The notes under the pieces were generated by a model that was given only the letters and a program-made list of their open reading frames with translations, made no database searches and had not been told where the DNA came from. A DNA stretch of 64,000 bases, taken from Polyangiales bacterium (GTDB lineage: Bacteria > Myxococcota_A > Polyangia > Polyangiales > Polyangiaceae). The stretch is from assembly GCA_038231275.1 (NCBI GenBank), contig JBBRLQ010000014.1:1-64000 (forward strand), written 5' to 3'. How positions within the stretch are numbered: position 1 is the stretch's first letter; every line of letters starts with the position of its first letter. Of this stretch, positions 18,426 to 27,478 are shown in pieces. The translations under genes were made by a program, and so were the position numbers.

Positions 18426-20483
18426 ATGACGACGCGAAAGGTCGATGCCGTGGACGACTACCACGGCACGAAAATCCACGATCCGTACCGCTGGCTCGAA
18501 GACGCCGACACCGACGAGGTGCGCGCGTGGACGAGCGAGCAGAACGCGCAGACGCGCGCGTGGATCGAACGGACCGAGGCGCCTCGCCTGCGCGCGCGCA
18601 TTCGGCAGATGCTCGAGATCGGCTTCTGTGCCGCGCCCGCGATCCGAACGACCAGCTCCGGCGGCCGCCGTTACTTCCACACGCGTCGCGAAGGCGGCCA
18701 GAACCAGCCGCTCCTCTACATGCGCGACGGCGTCTCCGGCAAAGATCGCGTCCTCGTCGATCCGTCGACGCTCTCGGCCGACGGCACGACGGCGCTCGAC
18801 TGGTGGTTCCCGTCGTGGGACGGCGCGCTCCTCGCGTGGGGCAAGAGCGAAGGCGGCAGCGAGGAGAGCACGCTCTACTTGCGTGACGTGGCGACCGGCG
18901 AGGACCGCGCGCTCGCGATCCCGCACACGCAGCACGCCGCGATCGCGTGGCTGCGCGACGGCTCCGGCTTCTACTACTCGCGCTACCCGGCGCCCGGGAC
19001 CGTGCCGCCGGGAGACGAAAAGTACTACTGCCAGATTTATCTGCACCGCCTCGGCACCGATCCGAAGGACGACGCATACGTCTTCGGCTCGGGGCGCGAC
19101 AAGACCGACATCCCGAGCGTCTACCTGTCGCCGAGCGGCCGTTGGCTGATCGTCCGCGTGCACATGGGATGGGATCGCGGGGAGCTCTTCGCGCGCGATC
19201 TGTCCTCCGCCGGCGCGGACTGGGTGCCGATCGTCGTCGGTGAGCACGCGCTGTTCGAGCCTATTTTGCGGGACGAGCGCCTCTACGTCCTCACCAATCA
19301 CGGCAGCCCGCGCTACCGGCTCTCGGCGCTGGAGTGGGGCGACGTCGCGAGGGGCTCGCCGCGTCGCGAGCTGTGGCGCGACGTCATCCCCGAAGGCCCC
19401 GACGTGCTCGAGGACGTCGCCATTTTGAAGGACGCCATCTTCGCGGCGTACTTGCACGACGCATCGACGCGGATCGATCGTTTCACGTTGGACGGCGCGC
19501 GGCGCGGCACCATCCCGCTGCCTGCGCTCGCGAGCGCGCAGGTGACCGGCGCGTGGGACGGCGACGAGGCGTTCGTGAACCACACCTCCTTCGTCACCCC
19601 CTTCGAGGTGAGCCGCTACGATCTCGCGACCGCCGCGCTTACGCCGTGGGATCGCGTGCGCGGCTCGCACGCCGGCGAGGTAGAGGTCCAGCTCCTCCAC
19701 GCGACGAGCAAGGACGGCACGAAGGTCCCGATGTTCGTGGTCGCGCGCCCCGGTGCGCTCGCGAAGAAGGACAACCCGGTCCTCCTCTACGGGTACGGCG
19801 GCTTCAACGTGAACCAGACGCCGGCCTTCAGCGCGCGCGCGCTTATGGCGGTCGAGCGCGGGGGCGTGTGGGTGGCCGCCGTGCTCCGCGGCGGCGGCGA
19901 GCTCGGCGAGGACTGGCACCGCGCGGGGATGCGTGAGAACAAGCAGAACGTCTTCGACGATTTCATCGCCTGCGCGGAGGAGCTCGTTCGCCGCGGCATC
20001 ACCCGTCCGGAGCGCGTGTGCGTGATGGGCGGCTCGAACGGCGGTCTCCTCGTCGCGGCTGTCGTCACGCAGCGCCCCGAGCTCTTCGCGGCGGGCCTCA
20101 GCCTGGTGCCGCTCACCGACATGCTTCGCTACCACCACTTCCGGATCGGCAAGCTCTGGATCCCGGAGTACGGCTGCGCCGACGAGCCGGCGGACTTTCC
20201 GTTCCTCCACGCCTACTCGCCGTACCACCACGTCAAGGACGGGACCTCGTACCCGGCGATGCTGTTCGCGACCGCTGACAGCGACTCGAGGGTCGATCCG
20301 ATGCACGCGCGAAAGATGGCGGCGCGGATGCAGGAGGCGCAGGCGAAGGGGGGCAAGGCGATCTTGCTGCGCGTGGAGAGCAAGGCGGGGCACGGGCAGG
20401 GGAAGCCGGTGAGCAAGCTGGTGGACGAGCTCGCGGACGAGGCGATTTTTGCGTACCAGGCAATCGGGATCGCGCTGGATTAG
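18426..20483 (+). CDS. Prolyl oligopeptidase (S9A)
   Basis: DPYRWLED, YGYGGF, GGSNGG nucleophile, DSRV, AGHG. Confidence 0.95.
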   Translation: MTTRKVDAVDDYHGTKIHDPYRWLEDADTDEVRAWTSEQNAQTRAWIERTEAPRLRARIRQMLEIGFCAAPAIRTTSSGGRRYFHTRREGGQNQPLLYMRDGVSGKDRVLVDPSTLSADGTTALDWWFPSWDGALLAWGKSEGGSEESTLYLRDVATGEDRALAIPHTQHAAIAWLRDGSGFYYSRYPAPGTVPPGDEKYYCQIYLHRLGTDPKDDAYVFGSGRDKTDIPSVYLSPSGRWLIVRVHMGWDRGELFARDLSSAGADWVPIVVGEHALFEPILRDERLYVLTNHGSPRYRLSALEWGDVARGSPRRELWRDVIPEGPDVLEDVAILKDAIFAAYLHDASTRIDRFTLDGARRGTIPLPALASAQVTGAWDGDEAFVNHTSFVTPFEVSRYDLATAALTPWDRVRGSHAGEVEVQLLHATSKDGTKVPMFVVARPGALAKKDNPVLLYGYGGFNVNQTPAFSARALMAVERGGVWVAAVLRGGGELGEDWHRAGMRENKQNVFDDFIACAEELVRRGITRPERVCVMGGSNGGLLVAAVVTQRPELFAAGLSLVPLTDMLRYHHFRIGKLWIPEYGCADEPADFPFLHAYSPYHHVKDGTSYPAMLFATADSDSRVDPMHARKMAARMQEAQAKGGKAILLRVESKAGHGQGKPVSKLVDELADEAIFAYQAIGIALD

Positions 20484-20523
20484 AGGCGTTCCCACAAAAT
20501 TCGTCTCCAAAAATTGGTCACCC

Positions 20524-20550
20524 GTTCAGTACTGAACTAAACCACTGAAC
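20524..20550. promoter_or_regulatory. Perfect 14-bp palindrome GTTCAGTACTGAAC plus an extra ACTGAAC half-site abutting an ATG
   Basis: Palindrome at 20524-20537 and half-site at 20544-20550, in an AT-rich intergenic patch. Confidence 0.55.
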
Positions 20551-20835
20551 ATGAGCTACGACCTCTCCGTTCTTCGCGCCCTCGTTCGACTGGTTCGCCA
20601 CGGCAAGACGCCTGACACCGATGCCCTCGCGCGCTCCGCGGGCGGTACGCGTGACGACGTCTGCGCCGCCCTCGCCCGCCTCGTCGCAGGTGGTCTCGTC
20701 GATCGCGCGCCTCGCCGCGTGTCGCCGACGATGTCCGGCCTCTGCGTCGCCATCGCCACCGCCGCCGCGCGCCGTCGCCGCGGCGCCAAACCCCTCCGCC
20801 GTCACCTTCCTGCCGCGCGCCGTCACGCGGCCTAG
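20551..20835 (+). CDS. Small basic protein, possible winged-helix DNA-binding protein
   Basis: LARSAGGTRDDVCAALARLVAGGLV resembles a wHTH; Arg-rich tail. Confidence 0.5.
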   Translation: MSYDLSVLRALVRLVRHGKTPDTDALARSAGGTRDDVCAALARLVAGGLVDRAPRRVSPTMSGLCVAIATAAARRRRGAKPLRRHLPAARRHAA

Positions 20836-20904
20836 AGCTGAAGCGACCCACCACGTTAGGCAGTCTACCCCTCTGCTGCCTCCATTCGTGGTAACTCCCA
20901 TCGC

Positions 20905-22704
20905 GTGGACGCGCGCGCGACGTACCTCGAAGGCAAGGCGGCACGCCTGCGGGAGGCCGCGTCGCTCGACGGGCGCGCGCGGCTCATCGGTATGCTCCGC
21001 CTCGTCGTCGCGTTCGCGGCGATAGGCGGCGTCGCCGGGATCGTCTGGGGCGGCCTTCCGACGATCACGTGGTACGCGATCGGTCTGCTCGCCGCAGGCT
21101 TCGCGGGCCTCGTCGTCGCGCACGCCAAGGTCCACGCCGCGAAGGATCGCGCCCACGCCGCGCAGCGCTTCCACGAGCGCGGGCTCGATCGGCTCGACGG
21201 GCGATGGAACCAATTCCCGTCGAAGGGCGACCGCTTCCTCAAGGAAGGGCACCTCTTCGCCGACGATCTCGACGTCTTCGGGCGCGCGTCGCTCTTCCAG
21301 CTCCTCGACGCGACCGAGACGCGCCTCGGCGCCGATCGGCTCGCGGCGCTCCTGGCGCGTGAGGGGGACGAGGCGCGCGACGCGGTCGTGGCGCGCCAAG
21401 AGGCGGTGAGAGATCTCGCGCCGCGCGTGGCGTTCCGCGAGCGGCTCTCCGCCGTTGGGGCGACGCTCGCCGAGGAGAAGCCCGATCCCCTGCCGTTCCT
21501 CGCGTGGGCGGAGTCGGCTGGGGGAATCGGCGGCCTCCCCGGTCTGCCGGTGGTCGCCAAGCTCTTGCCGTTCGTGACGATGGGGATTTTCCTGTTCGCG
21601 CACGACTTCGGCAAATCACGAATCTTCGCCATCGTGCCCCTCCTCCTGCAGCTCGTGCTGATGGCGCAGGTGCGCGCGAAGGTCAGCGCCGTCACGTCAG
21701 CGGTCAGCGCGCGCGAGCACGGGTTCGCGCGGTACGGCGAGATGCTCGGCGCGCTCGAGGGGGAGCCGTTCGCGGCGCCTCTACTGGAGGCGGTGCGCGC
21801 GAAGCTGCGCGCCAGCGGCGCCGACGCGACCCGCGAAATGGAGCGCCTGTCGCGCGTGCTGGGCTTCCTCGACGCGCGCAACAACGAGGTCTTCCGCATC
21901 TTCATCGCGCCGGTCCTCATGTGGGACTACAACTGCGCGCTCGCCCTCGAGGCGTGGCGCACGCGCGCGGGAAAGCATGTGCGTCCGTGGCTGGAGGCGC
22001 TCGCCGAGGTCGAGGCGCTGGCCAGCCTCGCCGGGTTCGCGTTCGAGCGGCCCGATCACGCGTTCCCCGATCTCGTCGCCACGCCGCAGCTCGACGCAGA
22101 GGCCCTCGCGCACCCGCTCATCTCCGCGGGAAAGCGCGTGGCCAACGACGTGAAGATCTCCGGGCCCGGCCACGCGCTCGTCGTCACCGGGTCGAACATG
22201 AGCGGCAAGTCGACGCTCCTGCGCGCGATCGGCACCGCGTGTGTCCTCGCGCGGGCCGGCGCGCCGGTGTGCGCGAAGCGGTTCGTGCTCGGCGACGTCC
22301 GCGTGGCGACGAGCATGCGCGTGCGTGACTCGCTCGAAGAAGGGACGTCGCGCTTCTACGCCGAGTTGAAGAAGCTGAAGCTCGTCCTCGCCTGCGCGCG
22401 CGAGGCGCCGACGCTGTTCTTGCTCGACGAGATCCTCCACGGGACGAACTCGCGCGAGCGACTCATCGGCGCGCGGGCCATCCTGAAGGAGCTGCTCGCG
22501 AAAGGCGCCCTCGGCGCGGTCTCCACGCACGATCTCGCGCTCGGCGAGCTGGAGCAAGAGGCCCCGGGGCGTGTGCGAAACGTCCACCTGCAAGAGCAGG
22601 TCGAGGGCGACGTGATGACGTTCGACTACCGCCTCCGCGAGGGCGTCGTCCAGAGCTCCAACGCCCTGCGGCTCATGCGCATCGTCGGCCTCGACGTCGT
22701 CTAG
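20905..22704 (+). CDS. Membrane-associated MutS domain V (ATPase) protein
   Basis: N-terminal TM helices; DLDVFG; Walker A TGSNMSGKST; SRFYAE, LLDEIL, STHD. Confidence 0.88.
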   Translation: MDARATYLEGKAARLREAASLDGRARLIGMLRLVVAFAAIGGVAGIVWGGLPTITWYAIGLLAAGFAGLVVAHAKVHAAKDRAHAAQRFHERGLDRLDGRWNQFPSKGDRFLKEGHLFADDLDVFGRASLFQLLDATETRLGADRLAALLAREGDEARDAVVARQEAVRDLAPRVAFRERLSAVGATLAEEKPDPLPFLAWAESAGGIGGLPGLPVVAKLLPFVTMGIFLFAHDFGKSRIFAIVPLLLQLVLMAQVRAKVSAVTSAVSAREHGFARYGEMLGALEGEPFAAPLLEAVRAKLRASGADATREMERLSRVLGFLDARNNEVFRIFIAPVLMWDYNCALALEAWRTRAGKHVRPWLEALAEVEALASLAGFAFERPDHAFPDLVATPQLDAEALAHPLISAGKRVANDVKISGPGHALVVTGSNMSGKSTLLRAIGTACVLARAGAPVCAKRFVLGDVRVATSMRVRDSLEEGTSRFYAELKKLKLVLACAREAPTLFLLDEILHGTNSRERLIGARAILKELLAKGALGAVSTHDLALGELEQEAPGRVRNVHLQEQVEGDVMTFDYRLREGVVQSSNALRLMRIVGLDVV

Positions 22705-22745
22705 AATCGGACCGGTTTTCGCGGGTCCTGTGCTATGCCGAACGC

Positions 22746-23294
22746 ATGACGACTGAATCGGGGAAGGCGCCCGTCCGAGTCCTCACGGTGACGATGAGCG
22801 ACACGCGCAAGCGCTCGAATGACGAGTCTGGCCGCGCCCTCATCGACGCGCTCGTCGCCGGCGGCGTGAAGCACGTCCGGCATGTCATCTTGAAAGAGGA
22901 GCCGCGCTTTCTGCAGGAGCTCGTGCGCTCGGTCTCCACCGACAACAGCGCCGACGCGCTCGTCATCACCGGCGGCACCGGCATCACGCCGCGAGACACC
23001 ACGTACGAGGCGCTGCACGGGATCTACGACAAAGAGCTGATCGGGTTCGGGGAGGCGTTCCGGCGCATCTCGTACGATCAGATCGGCCCCCACTCGATCC
23101 TGAGCCGCGCCAGCGCCGGGGTCGTGAACGAGTGCATGGTGTTCTCACTGCCGGGCAGCACGAAGGCGGTGCTGCTCGGCGTCCAGCTCATCCTCCCGAT
23201 CCTCGGCCACGCCGTCGAGCTCGCGGTGGGCCGAACGACCCACGTGCCGACGATGGCGCCGCCGCCGCCGTCGGGTCCGATTTCCGACTCGTGA
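22746..23294 (+). CDS. moaB: Molybdenum cofactor biosynthesis protein MoaB/MogA
   Basis: TMSDTR...DESG, TGGTG, PRDTTYEA, GFGEAFR, SRA, LPGS. Confidence 0.88.
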   Translation: MTTESGKAPVRVLTVTMSDTRKRSNDESGRALIDALVAGGVKHVRHVILKEEPRFLQELVRSVSTDNSADALVITGGTGITPRDTTYEALHGIYDKELIGFGEAFRRISYDQIGPHSILSRASAGVVNECMVFSLPGSTKAVLLGVQLILPILGHAVELAVGRTTHVPTMAPPPPSGPISDS

Positions 23295-23539
23295 GGGTGA
23301 CGGTCCTCTACTTCGCGGCGGTCCGCGACCTCACGGGCGTGGACGAAGAGATCCTCGATCTCCCCGCGACCGTCACCACGGTTCGCGCGTTCGTCGCGTT
23401 CCTCGAGGGTGCGCGTCCCGCCCTCGCAGGCCGCATGTCCCACGTACGCGTCGCCCGGAACGAGTCCTTCGCTGCAGCCGACGACCCGATCGCCGCAAGC
23501 GATACGCTCGCCCTCATCCCCCCCGTCGCCGGCGGCTAA
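23291..23539 (+). CDS. moaD: Molybdopterin synthase sulfur carrier subunit
   Basis: VTVLYFAA...PPVAGG with C-terminal di-Gly; GTGA overlap with moaB stop. Confidence 0.9.
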   Translation: MRVTVLYFAAVRDLTGVDEEILDLPATVTTVRAFVAFLEGARPALAGRMSHVRVARNESFAAADDPIAASDTLALIPPVAGG

Positions 23540-24039
23540 CTCTCCCCGTGCCCGTGCCCGTGCCCGTGCCCGTGCCCGTGCCCGTGCCCGCCGCCGTGGT
23601 CATGCCCCGGCTCGCACCGTGCATCCACCCAGCCAACCCATGCGGCCCCATCCGGCCCGTGCTCACGCTTCCAAATCGGCACCCGCGCCTTGATCCGATC
23701 GATGAGCAGCCTGCACGCGCGGAACGCCTCCTCGCGGTGCGGCGCGCTCGCGGCGCACACGATCGCGAGATCTCCGACGACGAGCGCGCCAAGCCGATGG
23801 CTCGCGGCGACGCGAACGCCCTCGAGCTCTCCCTCGATCTCGGTCGCGATGCGCTCCATCTCGCGCGTCGCCATCGCCCGGTATGCCGAGTACTCGAGGC
23901 GCGTCACCGGTCGCCCCTCGCTATGATCGCGCACGACGCCGAGGAACACGTCGACGCCGCCCGCTCCGGCGTGGCTCACGCTCCGCAGCACCTCCTCGAC
24001 CGACAACGCCTCGTCGCGAAGCTCCACGCGCATCGTCAT
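23536..24039 (-). CDS. moaE: Molybdopterin synthase catalytic subunit with His-Gly tail
   Basis: FLGVVRD, LEYSAY, HRLG, HREEAF, IKARVPIWKRE. Confidence 0.92.
   Translation of the reverse strand: MTMRVELRDEALSVEEVLRSVSHAGAGGVDVFLGVVRDHSEGRPVTRLEYSAYRAMATREMERIATEIEGELEGVRVAASHRLGALVVGDLAIVCAASAPHREEAFRACRLLIDRIKARVPIWKREHGPDGAAWVGWVDARCEPGHDHGGGHGHGHGHGHGHGHGES
23545..23590 (+). repeat. (CCCGTG)7 perfect hexamer repeat, encoding (HG)n in MoaE
   Basis: Seven exact copies at 23545-23586 plus a partial copy. Confidence 0.95.
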
Positions 24040-24923
24040 GACCTCGTCCAGGTTCCGGACTTGCCGCCGGACTTCTCGAGCAGCGAGACGTCGAACGTCA
24101 TGCCACGATCGATCCCCTTCAGCATGTCATAAATCGTAAGCGCGCCGACCGACGCGCCAACCATGGCCTCCATCTCGACGCCCGTCCGATCGCGCGCCTC
24201 GACGCGCACGTCGATCGTCAGATGGCGGTGTTCGAGCTGGATATCGACCTCGACGCGCGTGAGCGCGATGGCGTGGCACAGCGGGATGAGATCGCTCGTG
24301 CGCTTCGCGGCTTGAATTGCAGCGATTCGTGCGGTCGCGAGGACGTCGCCCTTGGGCGTTGCGCCGGCGCGGAGGCGGGAGAGCGTCTCGTCCTGCATCT
24401 TCACTTCTGCGCGCGCGATCGCGACGCGGGCGGTCACGTCCTTGGCGCCGACGTCGACCATGTGGACCTCGCCCTTGGCGTCGAGGTGGGTCGAGATCGG
24501 GCGGTCGCCGTGGTCTCTCGCGATCTCGTCGTAGGCGCGGCGGAGCTTCTCGCTGCGGCCGCGGCGGGCGAGGCGCACGAGCGCGTACCGGTCGAGCGGC
24601 GACAGCGACCGCCATCGCGCGACCTCGAGCGGGCGCGATTCGCCGAGCGCGCGCACGAGATCTGCGGGCAGGGCCGCCGACGGATCGTGCGCGGCGGTCA
24701 CGGTCTCGCAGGGCACGTCCTCCTCGACGAGCAAGTCGCGCACGCGCGCGGCGTCGACCTTCTTCTGGCTGCCGAGCGACGTGATCGCCACCCGCGCGCC
24801 GCTGCGCATCCGCCGCCACGCGACCGCGGTCAGGCGAGCGCCGCTGGCGTCGAGCGCGCGCCGCGCAGCGAGGGGGATGGCGTCGAGCCACTCGTCGAGC
24901 TCTTCGAATGCGTAGATCTTCAT
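24036..24923 (-). CDS. moaC: Cyclic pyranopterin monophosphate synthase MoaC with an N-terminal nitrate-reductase-associated (NarM-like) domain
   Basis: C-terminus HLDAKGEVHMVDV, KGDVL, LIPLCH, TGVEMEA, IYDMLK, KSGGKSG; N-terminus FEE...IPLAARRALD and WRSLSPLDRYALVRL. Confidence 0.9.
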   Translation of the reverse strand: MKIYAFEELDEWLDAIPLAARRALDASGARLTAVAWRRMRSGARVAITSLGSQKKVDAARVRDLLVEEDVPCETVTAAHDPSAALPADLVRALGESRPLEVARWRSLSPLDRYALVRLARRGRSEKLRRAYDEIARDHGDRPISTHLDAKGEVHMVDVGAKDVTARVAIARAEVKMQDETLSRLRAGATPKGDVLATARIAAIQAAKRTSDLIPLCHAIALTRVEVDIQLEHRHLTIDVRVEARDRTGVEMEAMVGASVGALTIYDMLKGIDRGMTFDVSLLEKSGGKSGTWTRS

Positions 24924-25018
24924 GATGCGTGATGAGGGCCGAGGTGCGCATCCTACCGCATTCGCAGCGCCGCGCGGCCTGGGCGCCGGATGGTATGCTG
25001 TGGACCTTGGAGGCCTCC

Positions 25019-27478
25019 ATGCGCCGCGTCCTCTCTGCCTTTGCGTTCGGCGTCCTTCCCGCGCTCGCGTGCTCCAACGGGGCCGTCACCTACGGGACGC
25101 CGACCACGCTGCCGGAGGCCGGAGTCATCCCCGTCGACGCGGGTCTCCCGCCCGGGCTCGGCGTCGGCCAGACGTGCGACGACAAGCGCCCGTGCCGCGC
25201 CGGCCTCTCGTGCGATGGCGGCAAATGCGCGCCCGGCCACTCGCTCGGCAACGGCACCCCGTGCGTGATCAGCGATGAGTGCCAGACCGGGGACTATTGC
25301 GGCCCGCAGCGCGTGTGCGCGCCGGCAGGCAAGGGGGCCGACGGCGACGGCTGCGCGAGCGACGCCGACTGTGCGAGCGGCCTCAAGTGCGAGATCGTCG
25401 GCCTCTCGACGCAGTGCAAGCCGGAGGGAACCGGCGACGTCGGCGGCGCGTGCTCGTCGAGCAACGACTGCTTCGGCGGCCTCACGTGCGTCAACAAGAC
25501 GTGCACGCCGCTGCCGCCGGGTACGATCCCTCCGCTCGGCATTCCTCCGTGGCCGGGGGTCACGTGCGCCGACGATCCCCCGCCCGCCAAAGCCTATTTC
25601 CGAGTCCCGCGCGGCACAGGGGACGGTGATTTTTTCCGCCTTCCGTTCCCGAACGACGCGCGCAAGAAGAACGGCCACCCCGATCTCTCCGGCTTCCCGA
25701 CGCCGGGACCGGAGCTCCTCGGGTACGACATCGTCGACCGCTACGCGCGCGACGTCGAGGCGAACACCGACGGCTTCAGCGCGTACCCGACCGTGACGTT
25801 TCGCTTCAACGCGTCGGTCGATTTTCCGTCGCTCAAACAACCGGGCGTCATCCGCTGGGCCGACGTGACGGCGGGCGGAACGGGGGACGACGTCGGCTTC
25901 GGCTGGAGCGCGACGACCGGACGAAACCAGTACGTTTGCCAAAACGCGCTGACCGCCAGGCCGCCGAACGGCGCGCCGCTGAAGCCCGGGAGCACGTACG
26001 CGGTCCTCGTCACCACCGGCGCGCAAGCGGCAGGCGGCGGCGCGATCACGCGCGACGACGATTTCGGCGCCATGCTGGCCGCGCAGTCGCCCGCCGACGG
26101 ATCGCTGGCGGCGGCGTGGACCGCGTACAAGCCGCTCCGCGACTGGTTGACCGCGAAGTCGGTGAGCCCCGACTCGATCCTGACCGCGGCGGTGTTCACG
26201 GTGGGTCACGCGACGGCGCCCGCCCAGGCCCTCGCAACCGCCGTCGCGAACGCGCCTGCGCCCACCGCGGCGTCGTGGGTGAGCTGCGCCTCTGCGGCGT
26301 CGCCCTGTCCGCAGGCCGCCGGGGATCGCGCGTGCGGCACGCCTGATCCTGCGTTTGACGAGCTCCACGCGCTCGTCACGCTCCCGATTTTTCAGAGCGG
26401 AACGGCGCCGTACGAGCAGAGCGGGGGCGATTTCCAATACGACGCGAAGGGCATTCCGCAGGTCCAGCGCACCGAGCAAGTGTGCCTGTCGCTGACGGTG
26501 CCCAAGGGCGTCGCGATGCCGGCGGTGGGCTGGCCCCTCGTCGTCTACGCGCACGGCACCGGCGGCAGCTTCCGCAGCCACGTCACCGAAGGAACGGCCG
26601 CGCGGCTCGCGACGGTCGACGACGGCGCGGGCGGTCAGATTCACGCGGCGGTCCTCGGGATCGATCAGGTGGAGCACGGACCGCGGCGCGGCGCGTCGAC
26701 AGCGTCGCCCAATAATCTATTTTTCAATTTCACGAACCCCGGCGCCGCGCGCGGGAATCCGCTCCAAGGCGCGGCCGATCAGATGGCGCTCGTCCGCTTC
26801 GCGAAGGGCCTGAGCCTCACCGCGGGGACGTCGCCGACGGGCGCCGCGATCAAATTCGCCGCGCTCGCGTACTGGGGCCACTCGCAGGGCGCGACGGAAG
26901 GGGCGATCGCGATGCCGTACACCACGGGTGTCACCGGCGTCGTCCTCAGCGGCGAGGGCGCGAGCCTCATCGACGCGCTGCTCTCCAAGCGGAGCCCGGT
27001 CGACATCGCCGACGCGGTGCCGTTCGCGCTCCAAGATCCCGGTGTGAGCACGTCGCATCCCGTCCTCGCGGTGATGCAGAACGCGATCGACGTCGCCGAT
27101 CCTTTGAACCACGCGCGCGCGCTCGCCGCTGCGCCGGTCGCGCCCGTCACAGCCAAGCACGTGTTTCAACCCTACGGCCTCGGGGACACGTACGCGCCGC
27201 CGGTGACCGAGGCGACCTACGCGCTCGCCGCCGGGCTCGGCCTCGCGCAGGCGTCTCCCAGCGCGAGCCCTCCCGACGCGATTGGAGGCCTCACCGCCGT
27301 CGCGGTTCCGGCTCCGGGCAACCTCCAGAGCGGCGCCGTCAGCGCGTACGTGCGCGAATACGGACCCAATGGCTACGACGGCCACTTCGTCGCGTTCCGT
27401 GAGGCGGTCGCGCAGAAGGACGTCGCGCATTTCTTGGTCGACGCGCTCGCGGGGAAAGTGCCCAAGGTCGGGCGATGA
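25019..27478 (+). CDS. Lipoprotein with Cys-rich repeats and an alpha/beta-hydrolase (lipase-like) domain
   Basis: GGAGG RBS; lipobox ALAC; four Cys-rich modules; PFPND motif; YAHGTG; GHSQG nucleophile; GHF near C-terminus. Confidence 0.75.
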   Translation: MRRVLSAFAFGVLPALACSNGAVTYGTPTTLPEAGVIPVDAGLPPGLGVGQTCDDKRPCRAGLSCDGGKCAPGHSLGNGTPCVISDECQTGDYCGPQRVCAPAGKGADGDGCASDADCASGLKCEIVGLSTQCKPEGTGDVGGACSSSNDCFGGLTCVNKTCTPLPPGTIPPLGIPPWPGVTCADDPPPAKAYFRVPRGTGDGDFFRLPFPNDARKKNGHPDLSGFPTPGPELLGYDIVDRYARDVEANTDGFSAYPTVTFRFNASVDFPSLKQPGVIRWADVTAGGTGDDVGFGWSATTGRNQYVCQNALTARPPNGAPLKPGSTYAVLVTTGAQAAGGGAITRDDDFGAMLAAQSPADGSLAAAWTAYKPLRDWLTAKSVSPDSILTAAVFTVGHATAPAQALATAVANAPAPTAASWVSCASAASPCPQAAGDRACGTPDPAFDELHALVTLPIFQSGTAPYEQSGGDFQYDAKGIPQVQRTEQVCLSLTVPKGVAMPAVGWPLVVYAHGTGGSFRSHVTEGTAARLATVDDGAGGQIHAAVLGIDQVEHGPRRGASTASPNNLFFNFTNPGAARGNPLQGAADQMALVRFAKGLSLTAGTSPTGAAIKFAALAYWGHSQGATEGAIAMPYTTGVTGVVLSGEGASLIDALLSKRSPVDIADAVPFALQDPGVSTSHPVLAVMQNAIDVADPLNHARALAAAPVAPVTAKHVFQPYGLGDTYAPPVTEATYALAAGLGLAQASPSASPPDAIGGLTAVAVPAPGNLQSGAVSAYVREYGPNGYDGHFVAFREAVAQKDVAHFLVDALAGKVPKVGR

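Noticed and set aside
18426..20483. Prolyl oligopeptidase plus the downstream small ORF as a RiPP locus
   Set aside because: No precursor-like peptide, tailoring enzymes or transporter; the context is housekeeping (surE, apt).
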